Assembly: GCA_951406725.2 (NCBI GenBank)
Contig: OX597826.1
Coordinates: forward strand, 29,140,001-29,204,000
Source of the DNA: Octopus vulgaris
Lineage: Eukaryota
Length of the DNA stretch: 64,000 nucleotides
Direction of reading: 5' to 3'
A program made the position numbers and the translations under genes. Under the pieces are notes generated by a model. It did not search any database and was not told the origin of the DNA. It worked only from the letters and a program-made list of their open reading frames with translations. The number at the start of each line of letters is the position of its first letter. Position 1 is the stretch's first letter. Below, in pieces: positions 41,577-55,896 of the stretch.

Positions 41577-42442
41577 AGTGTGTATGTACATACATAAATA
41601 ATGTGTGTGTATGTGAGTATATACATACATATTACATATGTAATATATATATACATATATATATATATATAAATCACACACACACATTGTTATTGGGCTG
41701 ATTTTTCACTGGCAATAAATGTGTATTATGTAACATTGCATACATACACATGTGTGCATGTATATGTGTATATGTGCATGTATATGTGTGTGTGTGTGTA
41801 TATATATGTATGTATATGTATATGTGTGATAGACCGTTAGCTACTACATGCATTTTTTTTCTCTCCTTGTTTTTTTCTGTGTATCTTTCTGTGGAAGAGC
41901 GTAGGCTTGAAACGTAAAAGATTTTTTCTATTCCTGAGCGCTATACTAATACATTTGTTTGTTTGTACACCACCTGCCTTCATCTTTTGTTTATTTTCTT
42001 AAACTCTCCCTTTTATATATATATATATATATATATTAAGGTATGTAGAAAAATACAACATGGACAAGAACGTATACCTCTTAGAAGACGACACAATAAA
42101 CATGGACAGGACATTCGAAACCCTCAGTCTTCAGTCAAGAACCGGATCATCGTAGTAATTTCGGCTGATTAATCTTGATATATATATATGTGTGTGTATA
42201 CACACACATATAAAATATACTGCACTGTGCTTAGAAGTGATGAATATGTTACCAGAATTTTCTGACTCGAGTCAAATATAGCAGACCACCCGAAATCCTT
42301 GTTACAGCATCCGTGTTCATGGTGCCAGGACTGGCCAACTTGTACTGGCATCAAGTCATGGAAGCATATCATGTACGATAATAAGGAATCGAGCCAAGTT
42401 AATGGTATTTTGAATTCCGAAATACCATTATTGTGTTTGACT

Positions 42443-43035
42443 TCATCGTCGTCGTCGTTGTCATCATTATCAGCATTGTCATCGTCACCATCGTCATCAT
42501 CATCATCACCGTCATTGTCATCATTATCGTCATCATCATCGTCGTCATCATCACCATAATCATCACCGTCGTCTTCATTATCATCATTGTCATCATCACC
42601 ACCATCATCGTCGTCGTCATCATCATCATCTCTGTCATCGTTGTCATCATCAGCATCGTCACCATCATCTCCATCGTCATCATCACCATCGTCATCATCA
42701 TCATTACCGTCGTCTTCATTATCATCATCATCATCGTCATTATCATCATCATCGTCGTCGTCATCATCATCATCACTGTCATCGTCATCATCATCATCAC
42801 CATCGTCATCATCATCATCACCGTCGTCTTCATTATCATCATTGTCATCATCACCATCGTCATCGTCATCATCATCACTGTCATCGTCGTCGTCATCATC
42901 ATCGTCACCATCATCACCATCGTCATCATCATCACCATCGTCTTCATTATCATCATTGTCATCATCACCTCGTCGTCATCATCACTGTCATCGTCGTCAT
43001 CATCATCATCATCGTCATCATCATCATCATCGCCA
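42443..43035. repeat. ~600-bp cryptic trinucleotide repeat (CAT/CGT/CAC)
   Basis: Phase-preserving mixture of cat/cgt/cac/tgt triplets with a recurring higher-order unit ccgtcgtcttcattatcatc. Confidence 0.9.
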
Positions 43036-43176
43036 TCAACGTATGAGCATTCAGCTTTTGCCCAACATCCTGCACAAATGATTTCTTTATAATGATCGAA
43101 TGTCCGTGCCACACATTAGCTCACTTTCTCTATTAAATCAATGTTGTCCGAACAGGTGCACAGTGTACCATGTGTC

Positions 43177-43422
43177 AGGTGTCAAAGTGCTCGCAGAGCA
43201 ACGTAAATGAAGTGTTTTGCTCAAGAACACAGTGCACCACCTTGTCTAAGAAGTGAAACCAGCACCCTAACCACTAAGCCATGTGTCCTCACAATATAAA
43301 AGGTGTCAAATCTCGAGAGCAACGTAAATGAAGTGTTTTGCTCAAGAACACAGTGCACCACCTTGTCTAAGAAGTGAAACCAGCACCCTAACCACTAAGC
43401 CATGTGTCCTCACAATATAAAA
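43177..43422 (+). repeat. ~122-bp tandem duplication of a SINE fragment
   Basis: aggtgtcaaa...gagcaacgtaaatgaagtgttttgctcaagaacacagtgcacc...cacaatataaaa at 43177-43300 and 43301-43422. Confidence 0.9.
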
Positions 43423-43432
43423 GAAATATGTG

Positions 43433-43481
<49 letters not shown>

Positions 43482-45901
43482 ATAAAAATTAACAGCTACT
43501 TAGAAGTCTCTTTCTATTGTTTGTGTATGTGTACATTTATATATACATGTGTGTGTGTATATATATATATACGTGTGTTTGTGTATACCTATTTCTTTAC
43601 TGCCCACAAGGGGCTAAACACAGAGGGGACAAGCAAGGACAGACAAACGGATTAAGTCAATTACATCGACCCCAGTGCGTAATTGGTACTTATTTAATCG
43701 ACCCCGAAAGGATGAAAGGCAAAGTTGACCTCAGTGGAATTTGAACTCAGAACGTAGCGACAGACGAAATACCACTAAGCATTTCACCCAGCGTGCTAAC
43801 GTTTCTGCCAGCTCGTGTGTTTGTGTATACCTTCATCTTGATATTGCGAAGGTAGTAAATGAGCATTACCGTCATACAAGCGGTGTTGTTTGTTTCCAGT
43901 GTTCAGTGAGAAACATGTCTGGTTACAGAGAAATATTACCTTGCTTGGGAACGAACAAAGGTTTGCAGACAAGATGGACATCCAGCCTTAGAAAATCTGC
44001 TTTCAACCAATTCTCTGTGATATGTGGAAGCATGGAAAAGTGGACGTTAAATGATTATATATATCCTCCTCTTCCTCCTCCTCCTCCTCATCATCATCTT
44101 CATTGTTGTTATTGTCGTTTAATGTCCATTTTTCCATGCTGGTTCAGGTTGGTCAGTGTAAAAAGGACCTGATGAGCCAAAGGACTGTATCATACTTCAA
44201 TCTCTGCTTTGGCTTGGTTTCTGCAGCTGGACGCCTTTCCAAATGCCAACCACTCTCCGATGTGTACTGGGTGCTTTTTCTCAGGGCACCCACACTGTTG
44301 GAGTCGCCATGTGGCTCACAAGTTCACCAACCCAAGCAGGGAGGATGTTGCATCCATATCTAAGATCAGGGTTAAGAGATGAAGAAAGAAGCTGGGGTAG
44401 AGCAGTACTTTACCCAAACTGAACATCCAAAGCTTTTCTGGTTGTGGTCCTGGAGTCTACAAGAACTCAAACAATAAAGGAATACAAATGATGCCAGTCT
44501 AAGAACTGAATGGTTCTCATTTCCATCTAATTTTGTGTTTCTTCCATGGAAACCAAGTTTCCGCATCTAGTGCTGAACAATGATGGCGCTTGGAGTAGAT
44601 CTTGCTGCAGTTTGGAATTCCTGTCTGATGTTGTTGAGGGGTGATAAACAATTATGCTGTATGACCCTCTTCAGCACTCAACAGTGAAAGTGATGAGGAG
44701 AGTTGTAATTTGGGTTTGCAAATGCAGTAGTAGGGAGAAGGGTCCCTTTTTGTTATTCTCCTGAATTTTTTTGTGATTCCGTCTGCTCACATTTAGGAGA
44801 GAGAACGGGAGTGAATTAGAGGAGGTTCTCAGTGAATAAACCTTTTCTTTTAACTCTTACTGCGGCCATGCTGGGGCACCACTTTGAAGAATCTGAGTTG
44901 AACTAATCGACCCCACTACTTATTTTTTTTAAGTCTGTTACTTACTCTATCAATGTCTTTTGCCAAGCCCTTAAGTTACAGGGATGTAAACATACCAACA
45001 CTGGTTGTCAAGCAGTGGTGAGGGACAAACACAAACCCAAGGAGATATACACATATATTTATAAAACTGAACGTTAAAAATGATGATGATGATGTTGATA
45101 TCTATATAAGCTTGGCTGTGTGGTAAGAAGTTTGCTTCCCAACCAGATGGTCCTGGGTTCAATCCCACTGCGTGACACCTTAGGTCAAGTGTCTTTTACT
45201 ATATAGTCGCAGGTTGACCAAAGGCTTGCGAGAGGATTTGTTAGAGGGAAACTGAAACAAGCTCAAAGTATATATGTTTGCGTGTGTGCATGTCTCTCTG
45301 TCTTTGTTTTCCGCCACCACTTGACAACCAGTGTTGGTGTGTTTACATCCCCATAACTTAGCAGTTCAGCAAAAGTGAACAATAGAATAAGTACCAGGCT
45401 TAAAAGAATAATTACTGGAGTTGATTCATTCACCTAAAATTCCTCAAGGTGGTGCTCCATCATGGCCGCAGTCCAATGACTGAAACAAGAAAAAGATAGA
45501 AGATATATATATATATATATATATGTATTCTTTTATTCTTTTACTTGTTTCAGTCATTTGACTGCAGCCATGCTGGAGCACCACCTTTAATTGAACAAAA
45601 TTGACCCCAGGACTTATTCTTTGTAGGCCTAGTACTTATTCTATCGGTCACTTTTGCTGAACCGCTAAGTTATGGGTACGTAAACACACCAACATTGGTT
45701 ATCAAGCAATGTTGCAGGGACAAACATATACATATGATGGGCTTCTTTCAATTTCCATCTACCAAATCCACTTACAAGTCTTTGGTCGACTCGAGGCTAT
45801 AGTAGAAGACACTTGCCCAAGGTGCCACACAGTGGGACTGAACCCAGAACCATGTGATTGGTAAGCAAGCTACTTACCACCTAGCCATGTCTGCACTTAC
45901 G

Positions 45902-45938
<37 letters not shown>

Positions 45939-48820
45939 CATGCTTCTTTCAGTTTCCATCTACCAAATTCACTTACTAGGCTTTGGTCAGCTTGAGGCTA
46001 TAGTAGAAAACACTTGCCCAAGGTGCCACGCGATGGGACTGAACCCAGAACCATGTGGTTGGTAAGCAGGCTACTTACCACACAGCCATGCAAAATCAGA
46101 CGTTTTACGTGGAATATTTGTGCTTGTAGGTGTGTATACATTCTTGTCGATATAAACACACCATGTCTATATGGAAGGAATATAAGGCTACCTGAGAGAA
46201 AAAAAATAAAACTAAAATCAAATAAAAATAAAAGAAAAATAAAAGAATCACACGGCATTCTTTTTATTGATTGGTTCCAATCCAACACTGACCATGATTG
46301 ATTTATAGATTATTGGTACGATGCCAGTGTACCATTCCAAGAACTCTGGCTAGGTTTTCACAGTGTGACGTGACACACGCTGGGGAAGATTTATAAAAGC
46401 GACTGTTGAACAGCTTTGGGGTAGGGGTGGGGGGACTCTGATGGGGGTGTGGCGATGGAGGTGATGGGGAGTGCAGCTGGCTGGCTGACGATATATGGTG
46501 AGGTCTGCAGGAATCTAACCGTACAATTCGTTGTCTCTCTTGATAATTAAAATGATTCTTTAATTTCGACGTTTTGGGAAGTAACGGAAAAAAAGATTGT
46601 ATACACCAAAAGAAACAAACAAAAAAAGAAACGATAAATAAATTGTAAAATTTAATTCCTTTTAATTTTCCCTCGGCTTGCTCCATCCCCTACCATCACT
46701 GCCACCACCATCACCATCATCACTATCACTAACATCTTCACCATCACCACCATCAGTATCATTACCCCCACTGGTATACTTTACCCTCCCCGCCCAATTC
46801 ACATTATTTGTTTTCTTCTCTCTTTTTCTCTCTGTCTCCACTTCCTCCTACTGCCACCATCACCACCACCTCTGTTGCAGCTGCTCCACCCCCCCTCTCC
46901 CACCTTTTCACTTTACTCCCTCCCTCACCTCCCATCAATAACAATCATTCTGTTGCAGTCACATGATTATTAAGTGATTAAATCACTGCAGGTATGTGAC
47001 ACAGATGGACAGACATAGGGAGAGATGGACAGATGGATGGTCAGCTAGACAAACAAATGGTTGGCTGGTTGGTTGGTTGGTTGGTCGGACAGTTGGATTG
47101 TGGTTCAGATAGACATAGATTTTTGGCTGATCAGATAAACAGCAGACAAACAGACAGAGATGGTTGGTTGGTTGGTTGACTGGTCAGATAGCTGCATGAT
47201 TGATTGGTCTCAGACAGACAGCCAGACCATTGGTAGATAGAACATCTGATGGCTGATTGGTCAGTTGGTTGGTCTGCTCTAACAGATGGTTGTTGGTCAT
47301 GTAGGCAGACAGACAAATTAACCAGGTGATTGGTTGGCTGGTTGGTTTGTTCATTGGTTGATCAAACAGTCAGACAGGCAAGTTGGAATTCTTAGGCTTC
47401 TCTTCTGTGCTGTGGTCAAGCTGGAACACCACTGTCAAGGGTTTCTAATCTGTCATAGCATGATCCTCTGTATTTCCATCTCATACTTATTTTATTAATA
47501 TCTGTAGAAACATGGACCCCATATGCTATATCTTTCAATCCCCAGCAGCATGTTTTGTCCTTGAGCAAGACACTCTATTTCATGTTATTCCAGTTCACTC
47601 AGCTGGTAAAAATGAGCTGTACCTGTAATTCAAAAGGGCCAACCTTGTCACACTCCATGCCATGTTCAATCTCCCTGAAAACTACATTAAGGATACACTT
47701 GTCTGTGGAGTGCTCAGCCACTTGGATGGTAATTTCACGAGCAGGCCGTTCCTGCTCGTGATCAACTGGAACCCTCATTGTTGCAAATGATGGAATGCTA
47801 GTATTTAAGGTACATCTTCATTTTTTTCTGGTCAATGAGAGAGTGCTCTCTAACTTATCATCATCATCATAATGTCTACTTTTCCAAGCTTGCATGGGTC
47901 AAAGAGTAAAAAAGTAAAGGTCAGATTACCTTCTGGAGTCATACCAACTAATAAGGACGGTTTCCCAGTTTCCATGGTGGAGATATTCCGCACCTGGATG
48001 GGATGCAAGTCCCTCACAGTGTTACTCATTTTTGCCAGCTGAGTGGACTGGAGCAACGTGAAATGAAGTGTTTTGCTCAAGAACACAAAGCATCGCCCAG
48101 TCCAGGAATTGAACCCACAATTTTACAATTGTGAGTTCAACACCCTTAACCACTAAGCCACATGCCTCCACTATGGATCAAAGGGAATTTGTTAAAATTG
48201 TGTTTGTGCCCCCTTCTCTTGGTATCATGTGATAGTTGTAAATGAGTGCCACTGTCATACAAGCAGTGTCATTTGTTTCTAATTGTCCATGGAAATATGT
48301 CAGGTCATAAGGGAATATCCCCTTGCTCACAAACAGGTGAGGGTTGGCAACAAGAAGGGCGTCCAGCTGTAGAAAAACCTGACTTCATGAATTCTGTCTG
48401 ACCCATGCAAGCATGGAAAAGCGGATGTTAATACTATGATGATGATGATGTGTGTGTGCGTGTGTATGTGTGTGTGTCCTTATCTTGGTATGAAGTGATG
48501 GGTGTAAATGAGCTTCACTGTTCATACACATAATGTTCCAAATCTTCTGTGAAAAAAAATTCTCTAGTCTTGAAGAAATAATACCTTGCTTGGAAACAAG
48601 GATTGGTGAGAGAAAGGACGTCTAACCACAGAAAATCTATCTTCATGAATTGTATCAGATCCATGGAAGCCTGGTAAAGTGGACATTAAAATGATGAGGA
48701 TAATGATGCGCATATATATGTACACACACACATACGTCATACGTGCGCAATACAATTTCTGGAGTTCCTCTCTCTCAATACAGTATTAAAGTTGTTTGTT
48801 CTTGCCTATGTCTTTTACAG

Positions 48821-48970
48821 GTATTCATCCGAGAGTTAATCTCCAATGCCAGTGATGCTCTGGAGAAGCTGCGCTACCACCAATTGTCCACCGACACCAT
48901 CCAGGACAAAGAACTGCCCCTCGAGATCCACATTGCTGTTAATGAGACTGATAGAACGTTTACCATACAG
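48821..48970 (+). CDS. TRAP1: TRAP1 exon, ATPase N-box
   Basis: ttttacAG acceptor and CAG|GTAAGT donor; 150 nt, phase 0 to 0. VFIRELISNASDALEKLRYHQLSTDTIQDKELPLEIHIAVNETDRTFTIQ contains the Hsp90 signature RELISN with the catalytic Glu and the Asn. Confidence 0.97.
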
Positions 48971-49124
48971 GTAAGTGCTGACATCAGGTGGATTGGCCCT
49001 TTTTTTTTGTTTCTTTGGTGTTTTTATTTCATGTTTTTTTTCCTGTACCAGTATTAGCATTTATAAATTATCTATTCACATGGTATATGTGTTTCACCTA
49101 AAAATTAAAATAATGTTGTTAGTG

Positions 49125-49139
49125 GTATATATATATGTG

Positions 49140-49171
<32 letters not shown>

Positions 49172-49598
49172 CATACACATATATATATACATACATATAT
49201 ATATATATATATACATACACATATATATATACATACATATATATATATACATACATATGTATGTATATATATATATATTTACATACACATATGTATATAT
49301 ATATATTTACATACACACATATATATATATACATACATACATATTTATAAACATACACATATATATATACATATATACATACATACATACATATATATAT
49401 ATACATACACATATATATACATACATATATATATACATACATACATATATATATATATATACATACATATATATATATATATACATACACATATATATAA
49501 CATACATACACATATATATATACATACACATATATATATACATACACATATATATACATACACATATGTATACATACATACATACATATTATATATAT

Positions 49599-49633
<35 letters not shown>

Positions 49634-49844
49634 CAGTAATCTCTTACCATATCGTGGTTTATTATTTAAGCTTACGTTGATTCCTTTGTGGTGTTGTTTT
49701 GCATTTATGATAAAATAAATATATACAAATTATAAAAGTAATTAAAAAAATATACAGAACAATACTGTTTCAACTTCGTGGATTTTCACCTAACGCTGGG
49801 AGGTTTGGAACTTGACACCCAGAGTAGTCGAGGGTTTACTGTGT

Positions 49845-49886
<42 letters not shown>

Positions 49887-49937
49887 GTATATATGTGCAT
49901 ATATATGTGCATATATATGTAATTATGTATGTATATG

Positions 49938-50003
<66 letters not shown>

Positions 50004-50153
50004 TATATGTATATATGTGTATATATATATATATGTATATATATGTATATATGTGTATATATATATACATACATATATATGTATATATGTGTGTATATAT
50101 ATACATATATATGTATATGTGTGTATATATATATATACATATGTATATATATT

Positions 50154-50214
<61 letters not shown>

Positions 50215-50397
50215 ATATATATGTATGTGTGTGTATGTATGTATGTATATATATATATGTATGTATGTATATATATGTATTTATATATATATATATATAT
50301 GTATGTATATATATATATATATGTATGTATATATATATATATGTATCTATGTATATATATGTATGTATATATATATATATATATATGTATCTATATA

Positions 50398-50433
<36 letters not shown>

Positions 50434-50435
50434 TG

Positions 50436-50466
<31 letters not shown>

Positions 50467-50467
50467 G

Positions 50468-50512
<45 letters not shown>

Positions 50513-50521
50513 GTATGTATG

Positions 50522-50559
<38 letters not shown>

Positions 50560-50570
50560 CACACACAAAC
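49125..50570. repeat. Compound (TA)n/(CA)n/(TG)n microsatellite fields (similar fields at about 2100-2395 and 58090-58605)
   Basis: Direct reading; source of the YIYI/VCVC ORFs. Confidence 0.95.
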
Positions 50571-50790
50571 ACACTTCCACACGTGCACACACATGCGTGT
50601 GTTGGTCAGCATGTGACAACTTGTTAATGGCTCCTCCATAGGTTTGGCATCAGATTTCTGTCGATGTCGTTAACCCTATATGATGAATAGCTGTTCATAA
50701 ATGCTAGGCTTTTATTTCAACTATTGTCCAATCGCTTCTTTTAAAATATTCTCCATAGTCGCCACGTATGCTACATAAACTATTGCTTGT

Positions 50791-50829
<39 letters not shown>

Positions 50830-51417
50830 GCAATCTAAGAGATGTGTGTGTGTACGTGTGTGCTTTCTGTATAAACTATATTTGACAATCATGAGTTATT
50901 GCCCTTGGTTAGTCGCAGTCGTCATCATCATGAAGCATTAACTCTCGATCGATTTCACTTTTCTGATTAAGAACCAACCATCTTTTAACTTGTTTCAGTC
51001 CTCATTAGAGTGCGGCCATGCTGGGGCACCGCATTCAAGGGTTTTTAGTCAAACAAATAGACCCCAGTATTGACTTCTTTTTCAAGTCTGGGACTTATTC
51101 TATCGGTTTCTTTTTGCCAAGCCGCTAAGTTACAGGGATGTAAAAAATTCATATTTATATATATATTTACGTGTAAGTGCTTTTGGCTACAGCATGGCCA
51201 CAGTCTTGGGGCTGAAACGTATAAAAGAATGCATGTATAGGCGCAGGCGTGGCTGTGTGGTAAGATGCTTGCTTCCCATGCACATGGTTCCGGGTTCAGT
51301 CCCTCTGCGTCGCACCATGGGCAAGTGTCTTCTATAAGCTTCGGGTCGACCAAAGCCTTGTAAACGGAAACTGAAAGAAGGCCGTCATATATATATATAT
51401 GTGTGTGTGTGTGTCTT

Positions 51418-52324
51418 TGTACATTATTTACATTTGATGGATATTTGTCCTCATCTTGTTCGTTATTAACGCAACGTTTTGGCTGATATACCCTCCAGCC
51501 TTCATCAAGTGTCTTGGGGAAATTTCGAATCTGGGTTCTCATTCCTAAGGTATTTTCCAATGTTATTATTATTATGATTATCATCATCATCATTATTATT
51601 ATTATTATTTCCGTCTTTCTTCAAATTTTCTTCCATTTCTTCCCAGATTACACACACAAATTCACAGATAAAATATGTATTTAAAAAATTAATAAATAAA
51701 TAAATTCATGAATGGATGTTGTTTTCACAACGATAATGCTCTTCTCAGTACATGAGCCGTTCCAATTAATACGATTTTTTGCACTTCCTGTAGTGATGGT
51801 AAGCTTGGTATCATTTTCAAATAGGCTTCAGTACCTTTATTTATCATTCCTAGAGATCCTACAATCACTGGTACTGTAGTCGCCTTGAGATGCCACATTT
51901 TTTCAATTTCTATTAGCAGGTCTTTATATTTACTGATCTTGTCAAATTCTTTCGCCGCTTATATTGTGATCGCAAGGAATACTCATGTCAATTAATAAAC
52001 ACACCTTTTTTGTCTTTTATAATAATATCCGTTTATTAGCTTTCATAGTTTTGTCAGTATGTACGGGGAAGTCCTATAGAATCAACACATTTTCTCTCTC
52101 AGTCACAGCTTCAGGATGGTGTTTATACTATTTGTCAGCAGTTTTGATTTTATAATGCCGACATATTGTCCAGTGTAAATACTGGCTGACTCTGTCATGT
52201 CTTGCTTTATATTCTACAGGTGCTAAGACTCTACACTCTGAGATTAGGTGGTCTATAGTTTCAATCTCATTATTACAGAATCGGCATTTTGGGTCAGCTC
52301 CATTTTTTATCATATTGGCACATA

Positions 52325-52373
<49 letters not shown>

Positions 52374-52639
52374 CATACGGCGTAGTGGTTAAGAGCGTGG
52401 GCTACTAACCCCAAGATTCCAGGCAGTGACGTGAATAATAATAATAATAATAACATAGAAAAATACCTTAGGAATGAGAACCCAGGTTCGAAATTTCCCC
52501 AACACACCTGATGAAGGCTGGAGAATATATCAGCTGAAACATTGTGTTAACAACAAACAAGATGAAGACAAATATCTGTCAAATGTAAAATAATGTAAAT
52601 AATGTACATAAATCCTCTTCTCTTAAATATAGGACTGTA
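51418..52639. mobile_element. Second head-to-head pair of the same element, left copy interrupted by the Dong/R4-like LINE
   Basis: 51418-51570 is the reverse complement of about 52440-52610. tRNA-like head ggcgtagtggttaagagcgtgggctactaaccccaagattcc at about 52379-52420. Confidence 0.85.
51610..52328 (-). mobile_element. 5'-truncated Dong/R4-like non-LTR retrotransposon (restriction-like endonuclease end)
   Basis: CRFCNNEIETIDHLISEC (CCHC knuckle), RHD, frameshifted NK(P)DIIIKD..CLLIDMSIP, KISKYKDL, VPVIVGSLG, GTAHVLRRALSL* (stop at 51725-51727). Flanked by (TAA)n on both sides. Confidence 0.88.
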
Positions 52640-52713
52640 TTATATATATATATATATTGGATATATATTATCCCATGGTGGGTTGAATTTTCAACCCCTA
52701 TCTCATTTTATAA

Positions 52714-52758
<45 letters not shown>

Positions 52759-52863
52759 TTGCGCACACACACACATAGACACGCATTCACATATAAATAT
52801 GTTTATAAATAGATATGTGTGTATGTGTACATATATATTATAAATATATGTTTTTCATTTCAG

Positions 52864-52935
52864 GATACAGGAATAGGAATGAATAAGGATGAAATCATTG
52901 AAAATCTAGGAACTATTGCCAGATCTGGTTCCACT
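52864..52935 (+). CDS. TRAP1: TRAP1 exon, DxGxG motif and start of ATP lid
   Basis: catttcAG acceptor and ACT|GTAAGT donor; 72 nt, phase 0 to 0. [24 protein letters not shown]. Confidence 0.97.
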
Positions 52936-53181
52936 GTAAGTACCAATACCATTTCATTTCACAGTGTGTGTGTGTGTGTGTGTATAAAAATGGGTCTCTG
53001 ATTTGGGACTTTCTTACTTAAAAGCAATTTTCAAATTGTTCTTTTTTGGTGCGTACCTGTGTTCTTTGATAAAGCTTTAGTTTCTGTATGACAGCTTCGG
53101 CAAGTGTCTCCTACTATAGCCTCAGTCTGACCGAAGCCTTGTCAGTGGATTTTGTAGATGGAAACTGAAAGAAGCCTATCG

Positions 53182-53212
<31 letters not shown>

Positions 53213-54642
53213 ATTTGTATATGTTTGTGTGTCTGTGTTTGTCCCCCCAACATCAACTGATGCTGGTGCCTTTATGTCCCCGTTCAGCAAAAGAGACCAA
53301 TAGAATAAGTACTAAGTTTACAAAGAATAAGTCCTGGGGTCAATTTGCTTAAGTAAAGGCCATGCTCTAGCATGGCCGCAGTCAAATGACTGAAACCAGT
53401 AAAAAGAATCCACTCCTTAACCTGGTATTAGTTATTGTCCAGTGTGGCCACCCTCCACGAGCAGCATCCTGTACTACAGCTTGCAAAGTCCATATTTCTC
53501 TCCACACACAGAACAACTGTTGCAGTTTAGTTGTGTGTCATCCCTGTACGGAACACACCATGTTTATCAATGTATAAGCCACACACCTAATTTAGTGTTA
53601 AATCTTGGCATAAGATTTATCCTTTCACATGCCAGTGTCATGCAGTCACACTGGTGCTGTTGCTGTGTAAAAAGTACCTTAATCTGTAAAGTGGTTGGCA
53701 TTAGGAAGGGCATCCAGCCATAGAAATCATGCCTAAGCAGACAATTGGACACTGGTGCAGCTGTCTGGCTTACCAGCTCCTACCAACACATCCAACCCAT
53801 GCCAACATGGGTATTTTGTTCATCATCCTTAAACAAACCTTATTCAGGGACCTTTTGAGTGGGATGGCTACTCAACTTGAAGAAAATTCTAACTGGGCTT
53901 TACCTGCAAGGTCATGCATTGTTTATCTTGATATAAGGTCCCCATATCACGCACATATGATTATGATGCATGTTCCTGGGGTACCCTTACCAAACGGGCA
54001 GTCATGATGGGTATAATGGGCTACGTAAATTTTACCCCAGTGTCACTTTGATGGCATGCACTGCTCTCTCACTAAATAATAATAGTAATACCCTACGATC
54101 TAGGTATATTGCAAACATCTGCATTACTTGGAACTGCACTCAGATTGCATAAAGTACTGTCTGTCTGAGGTCCTTGTGATTTGAACAGCTCCTACCAACC
54201 CATGCCAACATGGAAAACGGATGTTAAATTATGACAACAATGGTGGTGGCAGCAGTAGTAGTGGTGGAGTTGGTGGTATTCAGACTTTATGTTAGCTTTT
54301 CCCTGTTTATAAGTCACTCCCCGGTTAGTTTCAGATAAACTCAAGTTAAAATAGTGCAATTTATACACAAGCAAATATGATACTTTGTCGTATGGACAGC
54401 TGTAAAGTACATGATTAAGATACTTGTATATAAAATATACAATAATAAGCTTTCACTGTATAAATTGAGTGTAGAAAACTGTCAAATATTATGACATATA
54501 AACCCCTGACTGACAAAAAATGGGCATTAACACTCGTGGGAATATATGTCCTACTAGAGTCAGTTTATGATGAAAACTTATAAGTATATTTACAAAATTT
54601 TCACTCGTCAATGTTTCTTAACTTTCACAGAATATGCATATA

Positions 54643-55442
54643 TCTTCTACCTATATAAAACAGGAAAAAAACTTGCACGCTTTGGCTTTGGTAAGGATTC
54701 AATGGCACTAAATCTGATCGGATTCACTCCAAAATTTACAGGGACATGTAAAAAGAGGCAAGGATGTGACTGGGCTAGGTTAGAATCCCTATCTCAAAAG
54801 CTGTGGATACTAGGACAAAAAAACCCCACACTTTGACAAGTGTTTGTCGTTTCTCTCTTTCTCTTATCTGCCCGTCTTCCTCCGTCTCTCTCTCTTTCCT
54901 TCCTTCCCTTCACTTTCTCTCTATAACGATGTTTGAAGTTTCCACTATCTTTCCCCCGCCGCCTTCGCCAGCACTGTCACTCTTTCTTCCACATCCTCTC
55001 TCTCTCTTTGTACATGGCAAAAAGAGTGAAAATTCATTGTCTTTAAAAGGACTTTGACAAGTGTTTGTTGTTTCTCTCTTACAGTTATTACCCTTTCTTC
55101 TTCCATCTCTCTTTCCCTCCTCTTTATCTCTATAACAGCTTTTGACAGCTTCTACTTATTCTTTCCCTCTCCGTATTCGGTGTCTCTCTGTCGCTCTTTC
55201 TCCCCCAGCCTCTCTCTCTCTCTTTCTGTATCTATAGAGAGAAAGTGTTGACAGCTGCAAGTGTGATTAATGGAGAGGAATGAAATAGTAAATAATTATA
55301 TTGTGTCAGAAATATATTTCACTCTCTTGAAGTTTAAATATTCCCCACTACAGGGCTTTTACAACGGTGAATTATTATTGCCCACCACCACCGCACAATA
55401 ATGATAACAGATATTATTAATCAGACATTTATTATGTTAATT

Positions 55443-55508
<66 letters not shown>

Positions 55509-55583
55509 GTATATATCGATATTTCAATATATATGTGTATGTGTATATATATATAATGTGTATACATATGTATACATAATGTG

Positions 55584-55622
<39 letters not shown>

Positions 55623-55896
55623 ATGTATATAATGCGTATATATGTACATATATATTTAATGTGTATGTATATATATAATTTGTGCATATGTGATCGGATA
55701 GAGCTGAAAATTTGCACACCTATGTTAAAAGTGCTGGCGAGTTTGCATATTTGAAACGCGTGGCCTCCAGAGCAACATTCTTCATCTATTAAAATGTGGT
55801 CCGCGTAAACCCAAAAGAAACCAGGTTATAATACCGAAACAAATAAAACAATAATAAACTATTTTAATCCCAAGCAAGGCAGGGTTTGTCTTCTAG
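54643..55896 (+). mobile_element. Non-autonomous Helitron-like element in TRAP1 intron
   Basis: Starts A|TCTTCTACCTATATAAAA and ends CCCaagcaaggcaGGG-tttgtctt-CTAG|T. Sits between A and T with no target-site duplication. Internal duplicated block ctttgacaagtgtttgt at about 54831 and 55052. Confidence 0.7.

Noticed and set aside
37895-42145. Other partial hammerhead-like strings (GAAACGATCGTA at about 37907; CTGATGA on minus strand at about 38872; CTGAAGA on minus strand at about 42128)
   Set aside because: Only half of the core is present, or the stems cannot be formed.
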